DNA of 64,000 bases from Patescibacteria group bacterium UBA924 (GTDB lineage: Bacteria > Patescibacteriota > Microgenomatia > UBA1400 > PJMF01), in assembly GCA_002293725.1 (NCBI GenBank), contig DBDU01000015.1, positions 19,793-83,792 on the forward strand, read 5' to 3'. Positions 63,762-64,000 of this stretch are shown here, piece after piece. The notes under the pieces were generated by a model. The model was given only the letters and a program-made list of their open reading frames with translations, was not told the origin of the DNA and made no database searches. Numbering within the stretch: position 1 is the stretch's first letter; every line of letters starts with the position of its first letter. Both the position numbers and the translations under genes were made by a program.

Positions 63762-64000
63762 CAGGGTGATGGTAGCACTTTGTCCAGATAAACATCAACG
63801 CTGTCTATCTTTCTTTTCCAAGTTTGTGCCAGTGCTATTTTTTTGCCTTTTTCTAGCTTTCTTTTCGAAGGTGCTTGCTTCAACGCCTGACTAATCATTT
63901 TTTCAAACTCCGAGACTGTCTGTCCAAATAAGATATCTGTATAAGGTGTTAAAGATGGCAAAGGAGTCGAGACGATTGGTTTGCCCACGTAAAAGTACTC
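63761..64000 (-). CDS. C-terminal fragment of a further glycosyltransferase-like gene (continues beyond window)
   Basis: ...GKPIVSTPLPSL... resembles GT-B C-terminal donor-binding segment; reading frame open to window edge. Confidence 0.3.
   Translation of the reverse strand, partial: EYFYVGKPIVSTPLPSLTPYTDILFGQTVSEFEKMISQALKQAPSKRKLEKGKKIALAQTWKRKIDSVDVYLDKVLPSP

Overview
This 64-kb window is gene-dense (about 62 protein genes, 2 tRNAs, 1 IS element) and looks like a small-genome bacterium, possibly a Patescibacteria/CPR-type lineage. That lineage guess rests only on gene content (giant surface protein, tsaC-tsaE fusion, monomeric NrdJ, compact operons) and is uncertain.

The left two thirds is mostly housekeeping. 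It holds trpS (partial), xerC/D-like recombinase, an FtsB-like protein, dprA, groES-groEL with a CIRCE-like operator, and yidC. It also holds a tsaC-tsaE fusion next to tsaD, an nrdR-nrdJ operon, two tandem class A PBPs flanking a GH18-like hydrolase, cmk, smpB, lepA, rpsT and murJ. Two tRNAs with CAT anticodons sit in this region, one with an initiator-like C1:A72 mismatch. A ~1.1-kb IS element with 18-bp terminal inverted repeats carries a transposase that has no canonical start codon. Accessory-looking surface components are a 1769-aa secreted/anchored giant protein, a (Ser-Pro)n repeat protein encoded by an imperfect hexanucleotide DNA repeat, and pilN/pilO-like genes.

The right third (~42.1-64 kb) is a dense glycoconjugate locus that runs past the window edge. 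It contains an initiating phosphoglycosyl transferase, at least 7 GT2/GT4 glycosyltransferases, a SAM methyltransferase, an SGNH hydrolase, and a Wzy-like polymerase. It also contains a GT2 polyprenyl-phosphate-sugar synthase paired with a GT-C-like membrane protein, and a PQQ-beta-propeller fused to a GH5-like TIM-barrel domain. Two paralogous Wzy_C (O-antigen-ligase/PglL-type) proteins in the locus carry long C-terminal helical domains and a conserved periplasmic Cys pair.

I consider the most interesting hypothesis to be that this locus is a protein O-glycosylation system, with PglL-like O-oligosaccharyltransferases acting on the Ser/Pro-rich surface proteins and pilus components nearby. 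All functional calls come from motif-level reading of the translations and need confirmation by homology searches.
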